A stretch of DNA of 34,989 bases, taken from the sequence record DRR723986_13724. One strand, given 5' to 3'. Shown in pieces: positions 19,688 to 29,652 of the stretch; positions within the stretch are counted from its first letter, which is position 1, and each line of letters opens with the position of its first letter. The position numbers and the translations under genes were made by a program. The notes under the pieces were generated by a model that saw nothing but the letters and a program-made list of their open reading frames with translations, had not been told where the DNA came from and did not search any database.

Positions 19688-20241
19688 GCAGCAGCACCGT
19701 TCCGTTTACGGAATTGTTCCAGCCGCGCAGTTGCTTCCGCCGCAGCACTGCGAATGTCGGAAGCCCGGCTGCTCCTGCGGCGCTCCGGCTCCACGGCCGG
19801 AGCTGCCTGGCCATAGCCTGCAGCCTGTTGCGCGTATTGTTGCGGTTCCGGTTGCGGCTGAGCCGCATAAGGATCGCTCCTCGTCACCGCCTCGCGCTGC
19901 GGCGCAGCCGAACGGGCCGCCTCCGCAATCTGCGAAATTCTCGTGAATACTATCTCACCTTCGCCGACTTGTTCGGCAAGAGTGTGAGACATGGTTTCCG
20001 CTTGCTTAAGACGGCTGCCAAGTGTCTTGTCAGCCTCTGCCGCGGTCGTCTTCAGACCGAGGATGGCACGCTCGGCAATTTCCGTGGCCGTCATGAGCTC
20101 CGAAATGGTCGCACGCAGTACCTCTTCGTCGGCCCGCAAGCGCTGCAGACGGCGGTTCAGCGTGAAGCAGTAGCCGATGGTAATCACCAGAAGAACCGCG
20201 ACCAGTCCTTCAATGATCATTCCGAGTGGCAAAGTGCTCAT
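19684..20241 (-). CDS. single-TM coiled-coil protein, PflI/DUF6468-like
   Basis: N-terminal TM (LVAVLLVITIGYCFTLNRRLQRLR), coiled coil and Pro/Gln-rich tail. ATGA-coupled to both fliM and motE; same position as pflI after fliM in Caulobacter. Confidence 0.75.
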   Translation of the reverse strand: MSTLPLGMIIEGLVAVLLVITIGYCFTLNRRLQRLRADEEVLRATISELMTATEIAERAILGLKTTAAEADKTLGSRLKQAETMSHTLAEQVGEGEIVFTRISQIAEAARSAAPQREAVTRSDPYAAQPQPEPQQYAQQAAGYGQAAPAVEPERRRSSRASDIRSAAAEATARLEQFRKRNGAAA

Positions 20242-21476
20242 TGGTCCCCCATTTCGCTTTGCATGGCGCGCTCGAAGGCGGCCAGCGTCATTTTTGGCTT
20301 GCGCAAATTCTTTGCGACACGGATGGCAATGGAATCCTCCACCTTGCCGAGCGTTCCCTCGGTCAGTGGAATGTTGCCGCATTTGATCATCACCGGATCG
20401 GTCGGTTCCTTGTCGAAGACAAGCGTCTGGCCGACATCGAGACTGAGCACCCGTCCGAGCGGCAGATAGGTCTCGTAAAGAACCGCATCGACCTCGACTT
20501 CCGCGGCATGAATTTCGGTCGCCAAATGGCCTTCCCAGATCGGATCCCGGCCGAATTTTTCCCCCATGAACATCTGCAGAAGCAGATCGCGGATCGGCTC
20601 CAGCGTTGCATAGGGCATCATGATTTCGACGGACCCGCCCCGGTCTTCCATGTCGATTCTGAGCTCGACGAGAATGGCGGCGTTTGCGGGCCGGGAAATC
20701 GCGGCAAAGCGCGGGTTCGTCTCAAGACGTTCCAAGTTGAAATGGACCGGAGAAAGCGGCGCGAAGGCGTGCTCGGCATCCTGAAGGATCAGCGCCACCA
20801 TCTGCTGGACCAGACCGGTCTCGATCGTGGTGTAGGGCCGGCCCTCGACGCGCACGGCCGATGTCCCCCGACCTCCACCAAGAAGCACGTCGATAATCGA
20901 ATAGATCAGGCTGGATTCAACGGTAATCAGACCAAACCCGTCCCATTCCTCGGCCTTGAAGACACCGAGAATGGCTGGCAGCGGGATGGAATTCAGATAG
21001 TCGCCGAAACGAACCGAGCTGATGGAATCGAGCGAGACTTCCACGTTGTCGGACGTGAAGTTGCGCAAGGACGTGGTCGTCAGACGCACAAGACGGTCGA
21101 ACACGATTTCGAGCATCGGCAGACGCTCGTAGGATACCATTGCCGAGTTAATCAGCGCGCGGATGCCGCTCTGGTCGCCAGCAATCGTGTCCTCGATGTT
21201 GAAGCCGAGGAGGTTGTCGATTTCTTCCTGGTTCAGGACACGGTCGGCACCGCGCGTGGCATTTTCAAGGTCCGGTTCGCTGTCGTCGATCATGGCTGCC
21301 CATTGGGCCGCCATGTCGTCGGAACTGCCGGCGCCCTGCTCCTCTAGAGCAGCACCCCACGCCGCGGCGAGATCTTCGTCGTCGTCGCTGCCGGCACCCT
21401 GCTCTGCAAGAGCGGCGCCCCAGGCATCGGCCATGTCCTCTTCGGACAGGTCGTCATCGTCGTCGATATCAGCCAT
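20238..21476 (-). CDS. fliM: flagellar motor switch protein FliM
   Basis: CheY-binding VLNQEEIDNLL, ERLPMLEIVFDR, LLGGGRG, RPYTTIE and ETNPRF motifs. Confidence 0.97.
   Translation of the reverse strand: MADIDDDDDLSEEDMADAWGAALAEQGAGSDDDEDLAAAWGAALEEQGAGSSDDMAAQWAAMIDDSEPDLENATRGADRVLNQEEIDNLLGFNIEDTIAGDQSGIRALINSAMVSYERLPMLEIVFDRLVRLTTTSLRNFTSDNVEVSLDSISSVRFGDYLNSIPLPAILGVFKAEEWDGFGLITVESSLIYSIIDVLLGGGRGTSAVRVEGRPYTTIETGLVQQMVALILQDAEHAFAPLSPVHFNLERLETNPRFAAISRPANAAILVELRIDMEDRGGSVEIMMPYATLEPIRDLLLQMFMGEKFGRDPIWEGHLATEIHAAEVEVDAVLYETYLPLGRVLSLDVGQTLVFDKEPTDPVMIKCGNIPLTEGTLGKVEDSIAIRVAKNLRKPKMTLAAFERAMQSEMGDQ
21325..21435. repeat. 63-bp-period degenerate tandem repeat in the fliM 5' end
   Basis: CTGCCGGC(g/a)CCCTGCTC at 21325 and 21388; encodes two copies of AxAWGAALxEQGAGS. 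Confidence 0.75.
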
Positions 21477-21484
21477 TCACAAAG

Positions 21485-21997
21485 TCACTGGACAAGGATT
21501 TCCTTGAACAGCACCCCTTCAACTTTCGCCGGATAAACCGACAGATTGATCCGTCTGAGCAATTCTTCCTTCAGGCGGAACAAACCGGCAGACCCTTCCA
21601 GGTCCGCAGGGCGAAGCTCGCGCAGATAGATCTGAAACGCATCCAGGATGCGCGGCAGATACGGCTGGATCTGATCGATCATCGCACGGTTCTCGACTTC
21701 CAGGGCAATCCTGACCTTCAGATAGGTCGTGCGCCCTTCCGTCGCCAAATTCACCGTCATTTCCGGAAGGTCATAGAAGACCACCGGTTTTTGCACTTCC
21801 TGCGGCGCTTCCGTCTCTCCGGGAACCGGTGCCGGTGCACTCGACCCCATCAGGAAATAATAGGCCGCCCCACCCGCGGCGAGCAGAACCACCAGACCGA
21901 TGCCGCCGAACAGGATAAGCTTCTTCTTGCGGCCACCGCCACCAGCTTCAGCTCCATCCTCGCCGTCTTCTCCGGCTGCGGCGTTTTCGTCTGTCAT
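21485..21997 (-). CDS. fliL: flagellar basal body-associated protein FliL
   Basis: KKKL plus TM helix; FYDLPEMTVNL, DLEGSAGLFRLKEEL and VLFKEILVQ motifs. Confidence 0.96.
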   Translation of the reverse strand: MTDENAAAGEDGEDGAEAGGGGRKKKLILFGGIGLVVLLAAGGAAYYFLMGSSAPAPVPGETEAPQEVQKPVVFYDLPEMTVNLATEGRTTYLKVRIALEVENRAMIDQIQPYLPRILDAFQIYLRELRPADLEGSAGLFRLKEELLRRINLSVYPAKVEGVLFKEILVQ

Positions 21998-22037
21998 TCC
22001 GCACTCCGATCTGCAGGCGCTCGCGCGCGCTTATTTA

Positions 22038-22082
22038 TTACTAAAGAGTTAATGGTTAACGAATGGTTACCGAGCCATTAAC
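22038..22082. promoter_or_regulatory. cluster of CtrA-like boxes upstream of fliL
   Basis: TTAC-N7-TTAA (22038-22052), TTAA-N7-TTAC (22056-22070) and TTAC-N7-TTAAC (22067-22082). Confidence 0.75.
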
Positions 22083-22093
22083 GCGAGTCACCG

Positions 22094-22106
22094 GGCAAAA
22101 ATTGCC
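22094..22106. promoter_or_regulatory. ftr-like enhancer (putative FlbD site) for flgF
   Basis: GGCAA-AAA-TTGCC about 85 bp upstream of the sigma54 promoter; a degenerate partner GGAAT-CTC-TTGCC lies at 22125-22137. Confidence 0.6.
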
Positions 22107-22190
22107 AAGTGGTTAACTTCTGCCGGAATCTCTTGCCGCGTGCACCCGCCCCTTTTGATTTTTACCCAGATTTCCCAAGGATTTAAAAAC

Positions 22191-22206
22191 TGGCACGCCT
22201 CGTGCA
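22191..22206 (+). promoter_or_regulatory. sigma54 (-24/-12) promoter of flgFGAH
   Basis: TGGCAC-GCCTC-GTGCA with exact GG-N10-GC spacing, about 75 bp before flgF. Confidence 0.85.
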
Positions 22207-22279
22207 TTAACCTTAACGAGCCAGCGGATCTGGGGAGATCGGCCGGCTTATTCGGGGAGCACGAAGGGAACCGTTCACT

Positions 22280-23020
22280 ATGGAGAACGCTCAACTAGTT
22301 GCCTTATCAAGGCAATCGATCCTGCGGAACCATCTGGATGTGATCGCCAACAACATGGCGAACATCAATACGTCCGGGTTCAAGTCGCAGAATCTGCATT
22401 TTTCGGAATACGTCATGCCGGTGGCAGACGGCTCGGCTTTTGAGCCGCAGGACCGCGCCATTTCCTATGTCGACATGTTTACGACACGGACCGACTTCAC
22501 GCATGGCCCGATCAAGATGACGGGTAACGAATTCGACCTGTCCCTCAACAGTGATGGTTTTTTCGCGGTCCAGATGCCGGACGGTACCGAAGCCTATACG
22601 CGCAGCGGCGCGTTTCGGCTCGACTCGACCGGCCAGCTAATCTCGGCAGACGGCAGCCCTGTCATGACCGACCAGGGTCCGATCTCCTTCAACGAACAGG
22701 ATGGCCGCGTCGAGATTGCCCAGGACGGCACGATCTCAACCCGTCTGGGCATTCGCGGCCGCATCAAGGTCGTCGACTTCGAAGACGTTCGGACGATGGA
22801 GAAGATCGGCAACACGATGTTCAAGGCTGATAACCCGATACCGGCCCAGGAAGTCCGCATGGTGCAGGGCGCCGTCGAAGGCTCCAACGTCTACGGCATC
22901 ACGGAAGTCACGCGCCTCATCGAAGTGACGCGCGCTTACGACTCCACTTCCAAGATCGTGAAAGACCTGGATGAGTTGCGCCGGCAGGCGATCTCCACTC
23001 TCGGCAAGATTCAGGCCTAA
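22280..23020 (+). CDS. flgF: flagellar basal-body rod protein FlgF
   Basis: IANNMANINTSGFK, YTRSGAF and VEGSNV motifs; precedes flgG. Confidence 0.95.
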   Translation: MENAQLVALSRQSILRNHLDVIANNMANINTSGFKSQNLHFSEYVMPVADGSAFEPQDRAISYVDMFTTRTDFTHGPIKMTGNEFDLSLNSDGFFAVQMPDGTEAYTRSGAFRLDSTGQLISADGSPVMTDQGPISFNEQDGRVEIAQDGTISTRLGIRGRIKVVDFEDVRTMEKIGNTMFKADNPIPAQEVRMVQGAVEGSNVYGITEVTRLIEVTRAYDSTSKIVKDLDELRRQAISTLGKIQA

Positions 23021-23042
23021 GCGCCTTTAAGGGATCACTACC

Positions 23043-23825
23043 ATGAAAGCACTTCATATCGCCGCAACTGGCATGAAGGCCCAGGAACTGAACGTCGAAG
23101 TCATTTCGAACAACGTCGCCAACATGCGCACGACAGGCTTCAAGAAGCAGCGGGCCGACTTTCAGGACCTGCTCTACCAGAACCTGCGTCGCATGGGCAC
23201 GGAAACATCGGATTCCGGTACCATCGTCCCGACCGGTATCCAGATCGGTTCCGGCGTGAAGATCGCAGCCACCGGCCGCATCATGTCCCAGGGCTCTCTT
23301 GAGCAGACCGGCAAGGAACTGGATCTGGCCATCCGCGGCGAAGGCTTCTTCCAGATCGACATGCCGGACGGAACCACGGCCTATACCCGTGACGGTTCCT
23401 TTGAGCGCGATGCCAACGGGCAGCTGGTGACCATCGACGGCTATTCCGTCAATCCGGGCATCACCATTCCGCAAACGGTCAAGGACGTCACGATTTCCAA
23501 CACCGGTGTCGTTCAGGGTGTCGACCAGGGCGGCAATACTGTTCAGCTCGGCCAGATCCAGCTTGCCCGTTTCGTCAACAAGGCTGGTCTCGAAGCCATT
23601 GGCGACAACCTCTACCTGGAAACAGACGCCAGCGGCGCACCCGATACCAGCAATCCGGGCGACGAGAGCTACGGCACGGTGCAGCAGTATTTTCTTGAAA
23701 TGGCCAACGTGGATGCAGTCACGGAAATCGCCGACCTGATTTCCGCACAGCGCGCCTATGAGATGAACTCACAGATCATCCAGGCAGCCGACGAGATGTA
23801 TTCCACCACCACGAACCTCCGCTAG
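23043..23825 (+). CDS. flgG: flagellar distal rod protein FlgG
   Basis: ISNNVANMRTTGFK, FQDLLYQ, YTRDGSF and AQRAYEMNS motifs. Confidence 0.97.
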   Translation: MKALHIAATGMKAQELNVEVISNNVANMRTTGFKKQRADFQDLLYQNLRRMGTETSDSGTIVPTGIQIGSGVKIAATGRIMSQGSLEQTGKELDLAIRGEGFFQIDMPDGTTAYTRDGSFERDANGQLVTIDGYSVNPGITIPQTVKDVTISNTGVVQGVDQGGNTVQLGQIQLARFVNKAGLEAIGDNLYLETDASGAPDTSNPGDESYGTVQQYFLEMANVDAVTEIADLISAQRAYEMNSQIIQAADEMYSTTTNLR

Positions 23826-23842
23826 GACCGAGGCTTGAGACG

Positions 23843-24820
23843 ATGATGAGACATCTGCTGAAAGTCGGGTTGCTGCTGGCGGGCTTGCTGTCCCTGCCCG
23901 CCCTGGCGGACGAAAAACCCGTGCTCCGGTCGCAGGTCATGACCCTGTCGGACATCGTGACGGTTGGCGACTTCTATTCCAATGCCGGGCTGCTGGCATC
24001 CAAGCCGCTGTTCCGTTCTCCGGATATGGGAACCTCCGGCAATGTGCCTGCGGATGTCGTCGCCGAACGCGCTCGCGCGGCCGGCCTCGAAACGGCCGGC
24101 ACCGATGGCCTGCGAACCGTCGTTGTCTTTCGCGGGGCAACAAGGCTGAACCGTGACCAGCTTGCCGGCCTTGCCCGCAAGGCTCTGGCCGACCGCAATG
24201 CCGGCATTGATCCCGAGCGCCTGGATATCCGCCTTATGCAGGCGCCCGATCAGGTTCTCGCCGATCCCAAGGTACACGATCCGATCCGCATCGACCGGGT
24301 AGAATGGTCCCAGTCGAACGGCCGCTTCACCATCCACGCAGCCGTCGCGGTCGAGTTCGGAACCGAGCCTCTGACCCTGACCGGCGTTGCGACGGAGATG
24401 GTCGATGTGCTGGTTCTGGTGCAGCCCGTGCGCCGCGGCGACATTGTTCGTGAAGAAGACCTGAACATCATTCGCGAAGCCCGCACCAAGGTACCGGCAG
24501 GTGCCCTCACCGAAATGGAAGACATTGTCGGCAAGCAGGCCCGCACCACCTTGCGTGCGAATTCGCCCCTGTCGCGCAATGACGTCCAGCGCCCAATCCT
24601 GATCGAGCGCGGTGAGAAGATCACCGTCACCTATGACATGCCGGGCATGAAACTGACTTCACGGGCCCAGGCCATGGATACCGGTGCCAAGGGCGACGTG
24701 ATCGATGTCATGAACCTGCAGTCGCGGCGCATCGTGCCGGCGACGATTACCTCCCGCGGCCAAGTACGCGTTCACGCCGCCAATCCAATTGTTGCAAGCT
24801 TGAACAGCGAGAAAAACTAA
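23843..24820 (+). CDS. flgA: flagellar P-ring formation chaperone FlgA
   Basis: Signal peptide, SAF-like domain and C-terminal GAKGDVIDVMNLQSRR; lies between flgG and flgH. Confidence 0.93.
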   Translation: MMRHLLKVGLLLAGLLSLPALADEKPVLRSQVMTLSDIVTVGDFYSNAGLLASKPLFRSPDMGTSGNVPADVVAERARAAGLETAGTDGLRTVVVFRGATRLNRDQLAGLARKALADRNAGIDPERLDIRLMQAPDQVLADPKVHDPIRIDRVEWSQSNGRFTIHAAVAVEFGTEPLTLTGVATEMVDVLVLVQPVRRGDIVREEDLNIIREARTKVPAGALTEMEDIVGKQARTTLRANSPLSRNDVQRPILIERGEKITVTYDMPGMKLTSRAQAMDTGAKGDVIDVMNLQSRRIVPATITSRGQVRVHAANPIVASLNSEKN

Positions 24821-25570
24821 ATGCTGAGCACCTTTCCCAGACACCTGCTGGCAAGCATCGCCCTTTCCGCCCTCGCCGCGGGGTGCGGCACTGCGGACAA
24901 ACTCGCAAATGTCGGCCAGCAGCCAGCCCTGAACGCCATTCAGGATCCGACCACCACTCCGGGCTACCGGCCGGTGCAGATGCCCATGCCGGAACCGCAG
25001 CAGGCCCATTACAATCCGAATTCGCTGTGGCAGTCCGGCAGCCGCGCCTTCTTCAAGGACCAGCGCGCCAGCCAGGTCGGTGACATCCTGACTGTCGTCG
25101 TCACCATCGACGACCAGGCCGAGATCGACAACAAGACCGAGCGGAGCCGGTCTGAGTCCAGCGGCGCCGATGTTGGTGGTGCACTCGGAACGGCAATCGA
25201 CACCATCTTCCTGCCGGCAAGTTCTGCCGCCAGCGACCTTGCCAACGTCAACAGCAACTCCAGCTTCTCGGGCGACGGCAGCGTCGACCGCAACGAAGTC
25301 CTGCAGACCACCGTCGCCGCCGTGGTGACCCAGGTTCTGCCGAACGGCAACATGGTGATCGAAGGCCGTCAGGAAGTTCGTGTGAACTTCGAAGTCCGCG
25401 AACTGATCGTCGCCGGTATCGTCAGACCTGAGGACATCACGTCGGATAACCGCATCGCCAGCGAGCAGATCGCCGAAGCGCGGATCGGATATGGTGGCCG
25501 CGGCCAGATTACCGATGTCCAGCAGCCACGGGTCGGCAATCAGGTACTGGATATCCTGCTCCCCTTCTGA
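24821..25570 (+). CDS. flgH: flagellar L-ring lipoprotein FlgH
   Basis: Lipobox AAGC; FFKDQRASQVGDILTV and VLPNGNMVIEG motifs. Confidence 0.97.
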   Translation: MLSTFPRHLLASIALSALAAGCGTADKLANVGQQPALNAIQDPTTTPGYRPVQMPMPEPQQAHYNPNSLWQSGSRAFFKDQRASQVGDILTVVVTIDDQAEIDNKTERSRSESSGADVGGALGTAIDTIFLPASSAASDLANVNSNSSFSGDGSVDRNEVLQTTVAAVVTQVLPNGNMVIEGRQEVRVNFEVRELIVAGIVRPEDITSDNRIASEQIAEARIGYGGRGQITDVQQPRVGNQVLDILLPF

Positions 25571-25601
25571 TCCCAAACCTTTCTCAGTCCCCCGGCCGAT
25601 T

Positions 25602-25630
25602 CCGGCGACGCGTTCTAGAAGCGTCGCCGG
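25602..25630. terminator. GC-rich hairpin after flgH (possible terminator)
   Basis: CCGGCGACGC/GCGTCGCCGG 10-bp stem; no clear U-tract. Confidence 0.4.
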
Positions 25631-25759
25631 CCCGGCTGATGACGGGCACGATGTCTCGCTCCCCGAGCATCGTGCCCGTTCTCATTTCCAGGCCGGAAAA
25701 GACCGTTTAGGGTGTGGCCCGTTGCCTGATTTGTCGCTCATTCCGGAAGACCCCACCGC

Positions 25760-26524
25760 GTGACCACCACCCTCATCGTTCTCGCCCACCCTGCTCAAAC
25801 TTCCTTCAACGCTGCCTGGGCGCGCGCAACCGAAGCCGCGTGCCGATCTGAAGGCGATGAGGTGCTTTGGTCAGACCTCTACCAGCTTGGCTTCGATCCA
25901 GCGGAGCGCGCAGCGCATTACGTGGAGGAGATCGTCACTGACCCTTACGACGTTCTGAAAACACAGGAAGCTGCCTCAAAAACCGGGAACCTTCCCGCGG
26001 CCGTTACGGAAGAAGTCGAGAAGCTGCGCCAGGCGGACCGGATCGTGTTTCATTTTCCGGTCTGGTGGTTCGCCCCACCTGCCATCCTGAAGGGCTGGTG
26101 CGAGCGCGTTCTGGCCAACGGCGGCCTGCACGACACCTCCAACCGTTTCGATACCGGCCATTTCAGGAACAAGCCGGTTCTTTTCTGCGTCACGACCGGA
26201 TCCAAGGCGAGCGAAAGTGCCCACAACGGCAAGGAAGGCGACATTCAGATGCTGCTTTGGCCACTGGCCTACACACTGCGCTATCTGGGTTTCGATGTTC
26301 TGGTTCCCAGGATCGTCCACGGTGTTCACGGTTATCACAAGGGGGCGGCACGGGAAGACCTGGAAACACGACTTCAAAACGAGATCGAAAGCCACCGGGA
26401 AACGATCGCAAGGTTCGAAACGCTGCCGAAGATCAGCTTCAACGCCGACAGCGAATTCGACCGCGCCGGCACCCTTAGCCCGGGTGCGCCATCTTACAGC
26501 CACTTCATCCGGCACGACCCCTGA
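25760..26524 (+). CDS. NAD(P)H-dependent (quinone) oxidoreductase, flavodoxin-like fold (NQO/MdaB/KefF-like)
   Basis: LIVLAHP...SFN, DLY, ADRIVFHFPVWWFAPPAILKGW and TTG motifs. Confidence 0.92.
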   Translation: MTTTLIVLAHPAQTSFNAAWARATEAACRSEGDEVLWSDLYQLGFDPAERAAHYVEEIVTDPYDVLKTQEAASKTGNLPAAVTEEVEKLRQADRIVFHFPVWWFAPPAILKGWCERVLANGGLHDTSNRFDTGHFRNKPVLFCVTTGSKASESAHNGKEGDIQMLLWPLAYTLRYLGFDVLVPRIVHGVHGYHKGAAREDLETRLQNEIESHRETIARFETLPKISFNADSEFDRAGTLSPGAPSYSHFIRHDP

Positions 26525-26656
26525 TTTTGCGACAACCGGCAAAGACAAGACCGGATTTGTCCGCTTCCACACCTCTTTTTCCTGTATCTGCCGGATGACG
26601 CTACCGTTTTTTCGGATAGAATACCGGTAATCTTATATTGGCCCAGCGGGGATTCG

Positions 26657-27463
26657 ATGCGCCTCCTTTCTGCATTCGTCTTTGGTTTTGTTCTTCTGTC
26701 CGCACCTTCTGCCTGGAGTGCAAGCTGCGGCAACGGCCCTGGCGGATTTGAAGCCTGGAAACAGTCGTTCATTGCAAATTCCCAAAGCTACGGCCTCAAG
26801 AAAAGGGTCGTTGAACCGTCGTTGAAAAACGTGAAGTACAACAAGAAGGTGGTCTCGCTCGACCGGAACCAGAAATCCTTCAAGCTCAGCTTCAACCAGT
26901 TCTATGCCAAGCGGGTCAACAACGCGATGATCCGGCGGGGCAAGCAGCTCGGCAAGACCTACGCCCGCATCTTCCGTGGCATCGAAAAGAAATATGGCGT
27001 TCCCGCACCTGTACTTCTGGCGATCTGGGGGCTTGAAACCAACTACGGCAGCTTCTCCGGCAACATGCCGGTCCTGCAATCCCTTGCCACGCTGGCCTAT
27101 GATTGCCGCCGGTCCGATTTCTTCACCGCCGAACTGGTCGCCGCGCTCAAGATCGTGCAGAGCCGCGACATGCAGCCGGCGGAAATGAAAGGCGCCTGGG
27201 CCGGGGAACTCGGCCAGACCCAGTTTCTCGCAACCAGCTATGTCCGTTATGCGGTCGATTATGACCGCGACGGCCGCAAGGACCTGATCCGCTCGATCCC
27301 GGATGTGCTGGCTTCCACCGCAAATTATCTTGCCCAGAAAGGCTGGCGCCGCGGCCAGGGCTGGGGCCCCGGCACCGCCAATTACAACGTTCTGAAACAA
27401 TGGAACAAGGCCAGTGTCTACGTGGAAACGATCTCGGTCATGGCTGGCCAGATCAGCGAGTAG
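26657..27463 (+). CDS. lytic murein transglycosylase (MltB/Slt35-like), secreted
   Basis: Signal peptide; catalytic AIWGLETNYG; GAWAGELGQTQF; EF-hand-like DYDRDGRKDL; STANYL. Confidence 0.93.
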   Translation: MRLLSAFVFGFVLLSAPSAWSASCGNGPGGFEAWKQSFIANSQSYGLKKRVVEPSLKNVKYNKKVVSLDRNQKSFKLSFNQFYAKRVNNAMIRRGKQLGKTYARIFRGIEKKYGVPAPVLLAIWGLETNYGSFSGNMPVLQSLATLAYDCRRSDFFTAELVAALKIVQSRDMQPAEMKGAWAGELGQTQFLATSYVRYAVDYDRDGRKDLIRSIPDVLASTANYLAQKGWRRGQGWGPGTANYNVLKQWNKASVYVETISVMAGQISE

Positions 27464-27669
27464 AGCCCGCTTGACGCCCCATAAACCTGCTTGACAAAAC
27501 TGACGATCCGGGCAGCAATTTGCGTCATACGGTTGTAATCCTTGCGGATCAAAACCGTGTTCCGCGGAAACATGCCGCCCGGCTGGCACCGGCAGCTATC
27601 GGTCCGGCTTGCGCTGTTCCGCAAGGCTAAACGACACCAATCGCCGAGCGACCGAACAGGAGCCATTCC

Positions 27670-29652
27670 ATGTCCAGTATCAAAGACTTATCGATTTCAC
27701 GGCGCACCCTTTTGATGGGCGCGGCGGCAACTGGCTTCACGGCAGCTCTGCACCCCTATTCCGTTCTGGCCAAGGAAGGTACGGCTCACCTTCGCCTGAT
27801 GGAGACGACGGACCTCCATGTCCATGTCTTCCCTTACGACTACTACAGCGACAAACCTGTCGACACCGCCGGTCTCGCCCGGACAGCCACACTGATCCGC
27901 GATATCCGGAACGAGGCCACAAACTCGGTTCTGGTCGACAATGGCGACTTTCTGCAAGGCAACCCGATGGGGGACTATGTCGCCTATGAACGCGGCATAA
28001 ACGAAGGTGACCTTCACCCAGTCATCAAAGGCATGAACGTTCTCGAATTCGACGCGGCAACACTCGGCAACCACGAATTCAACTACGGCCTGGACTTCAT
28101 GATGAAGGTGCTGGCCGGTGCCAATTTCCCCGTCGTCTGCGCCAATCTTGTCAAGGGAAGCACGCTGGCCGGCAACCCGCGAAACGACGCCCTTTTCCTG
28201 AAGCCCTATGTGATCGTTGAAAAACAGGTCACCGACGGTGCCGGCAAGTCCTATCCGATCAAGATCGGCTTCATCGGTTTCGTGCCACCGCAGATCATGA
28301 ACTGGGACCGTCGCCACCTGGAAGGCAACGCCAATGCGCGTGACATCATCGAAACCGCCAAGGCCTTCGTCCCGGAAATGCGCGAACAGGGCTGCGACCT
28401 GGTTATCGCCCTTTCCCACTCGGGGATTGACGCCAACGATTATTCCGAAGGCATGGAAAACGCCTCCCTGCACCTTGCCGGCGTGGACGGGATCGACGCC
28501 GTCTTTACCGGTCACCAGCATCTGGTCTTCCCCGGTCCCCAGTATGAGGGGCTGCCGGGTATCGACAGCGAGAAAGGCACGTTGTTCGGCAAGCCTGCCG
28601 CGATGGGCGGTTTCTGGGGATCGCATCTGGGCGTCATCGACCTGATGATCGAGCGCGACGGCAACGGCTGGCGTGTCGCCAATTTCATGACCGAAGCACG
28701 CCCGATCTACGAAAAAGAAGGTCGAACCGTAACACCGCTGGTGGAGAGCCAGCAGGATGTACTCGATGCGGTGAAGGAAGATCACGAGGCAACCCTTGCC
28801 TATGTCCGCCGCCCCGTCGGCAAGACGTCGGCTCCCTTGCATTCCTATTTCGCCCTCGTGGCCGACGACCCGAGCGTCCAGATCGTTTCAAAGGCGCAGA
28901 TCTGGTACATCGAACAGATGCTGAAGGGTACGGAATGGGAAGACCTGCCGGTACTTTCCGCAGCAGCGCCTTTCAAGGCCGGCGGTCGTGGCGGCCCGGA
29001 CTACTACACCGATGTTCCGGTCGGCGATGTCGCCATCAAGAACGTGGCCGATCTCTACCTGTATCCGAACACCATTCGCGCGGTCGCCATCAAGGGCAGC
29101 ACGGTGAAGGAATGGCTGGAACGTTCAGCCGGAATTTTCCAGGAAGTCGAGCCGGGCAAGGCCGACCAGACACTGATCAACCCGGAGTTTCCAAGCTATA
29201 ATTTCGATGTGATCGACGGTGTCACCTATCAGATCGATCTGAGCCAGCCGTCGAAATATGACTCCAAGGGCGAAGTGATCAATCCGGACGCGAGCCGCAT
29301 CGTCAATCTGCAGTTTGATGGCGCGCCGTTCGACCCCGAAGCAACCTTCGTGGTCGCGACCAACAATTACCGTGCTGGTGGCGGCGGCAATTTCCCCGGC
29401 ATCAGCGACGACGTCGTCGTTTTCGTCGGCCCGGACACCAATCGCGACGTCCTGGTGCGCTACATTGTCGAACAGGGCACGATCAACCCTTCGGCAGATG
29501 CCAACTGGTCGTTCAAACCGATGCCGGATACCAGCGTCCTGTTCGAAACCGGCCCGGGCGGTACACAGCACGCCGCCTCGGTGCAAGGTGTCCGGATCGA
29601 ACCGGCAGGCGACGGAGCAGATGGTTTCGCCCGTTACCGGATCACGCTTTGA
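27670..29652 (+). CDS. cpdB: 2',3'-cyclic-nucleotide 2'-phosphodiesterase/3'-nucleotidase, Tat-exported
   Basis: Tat motif [32 protein letters not shown] and GHQH motifs; C-terminal [12 protein letters not shown] and TNNYRA. Confidence 0.95.
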   Translation: MSSIKDLSISRRTLLMGAAATGFTAALHPYSVLAKEGTAHLRLMETTDLHVHVFPYDYYSDKPVDTAGLARTATLIRDIRNEATNSVLVDNGDFLQGNPMGDYVAYERGINEGDLHPVIKGMNVLEFDAATLGNHEFNYGLDFMMKVLAGANFPVVCANLVKGSTLAGNPRNDALFLKPYVIVEKQVTDGAGKSYPIKIGFIGFVPPQIMNWDRRHLEGNANARDIIETAKAFVPEMREQGCDLVIALSHSGIDANDYSEGMENASLHLAGVDGIDAVFTGHQHLVFPGPQYEGLPGIDSEKGTLFGKPAAMGGFWGSHLGVIDLMIERDGNGWRVANFMTEARPIYEKEGRTVTPLVESQQDVLDAVKEDHEATLAYVRRPVGKTSAPLHSYFALVADDPSVQIVSKAQIWYIEQMLKGTEWEDLPVLSAAAPFKAGGRGGPDYYTDVPVGDVAIKNVADLYLYPNTIRAVAIKGSTVKEWLERSAGIFQEVEPGKADQTLINPEFPSYNFDVIDGVTYQIDLSQPSKYDSKGEVINPDASRIVNLQFDGAPFDPEATFVVATNNYRAGGGGNFPGISDDVVVFVGPDTNRDVLVRYIVEQGTINPSADANWSFKPMPDTSVLFETGPGGTQHAASVQGVRIEPAGDGADGFARYRITL

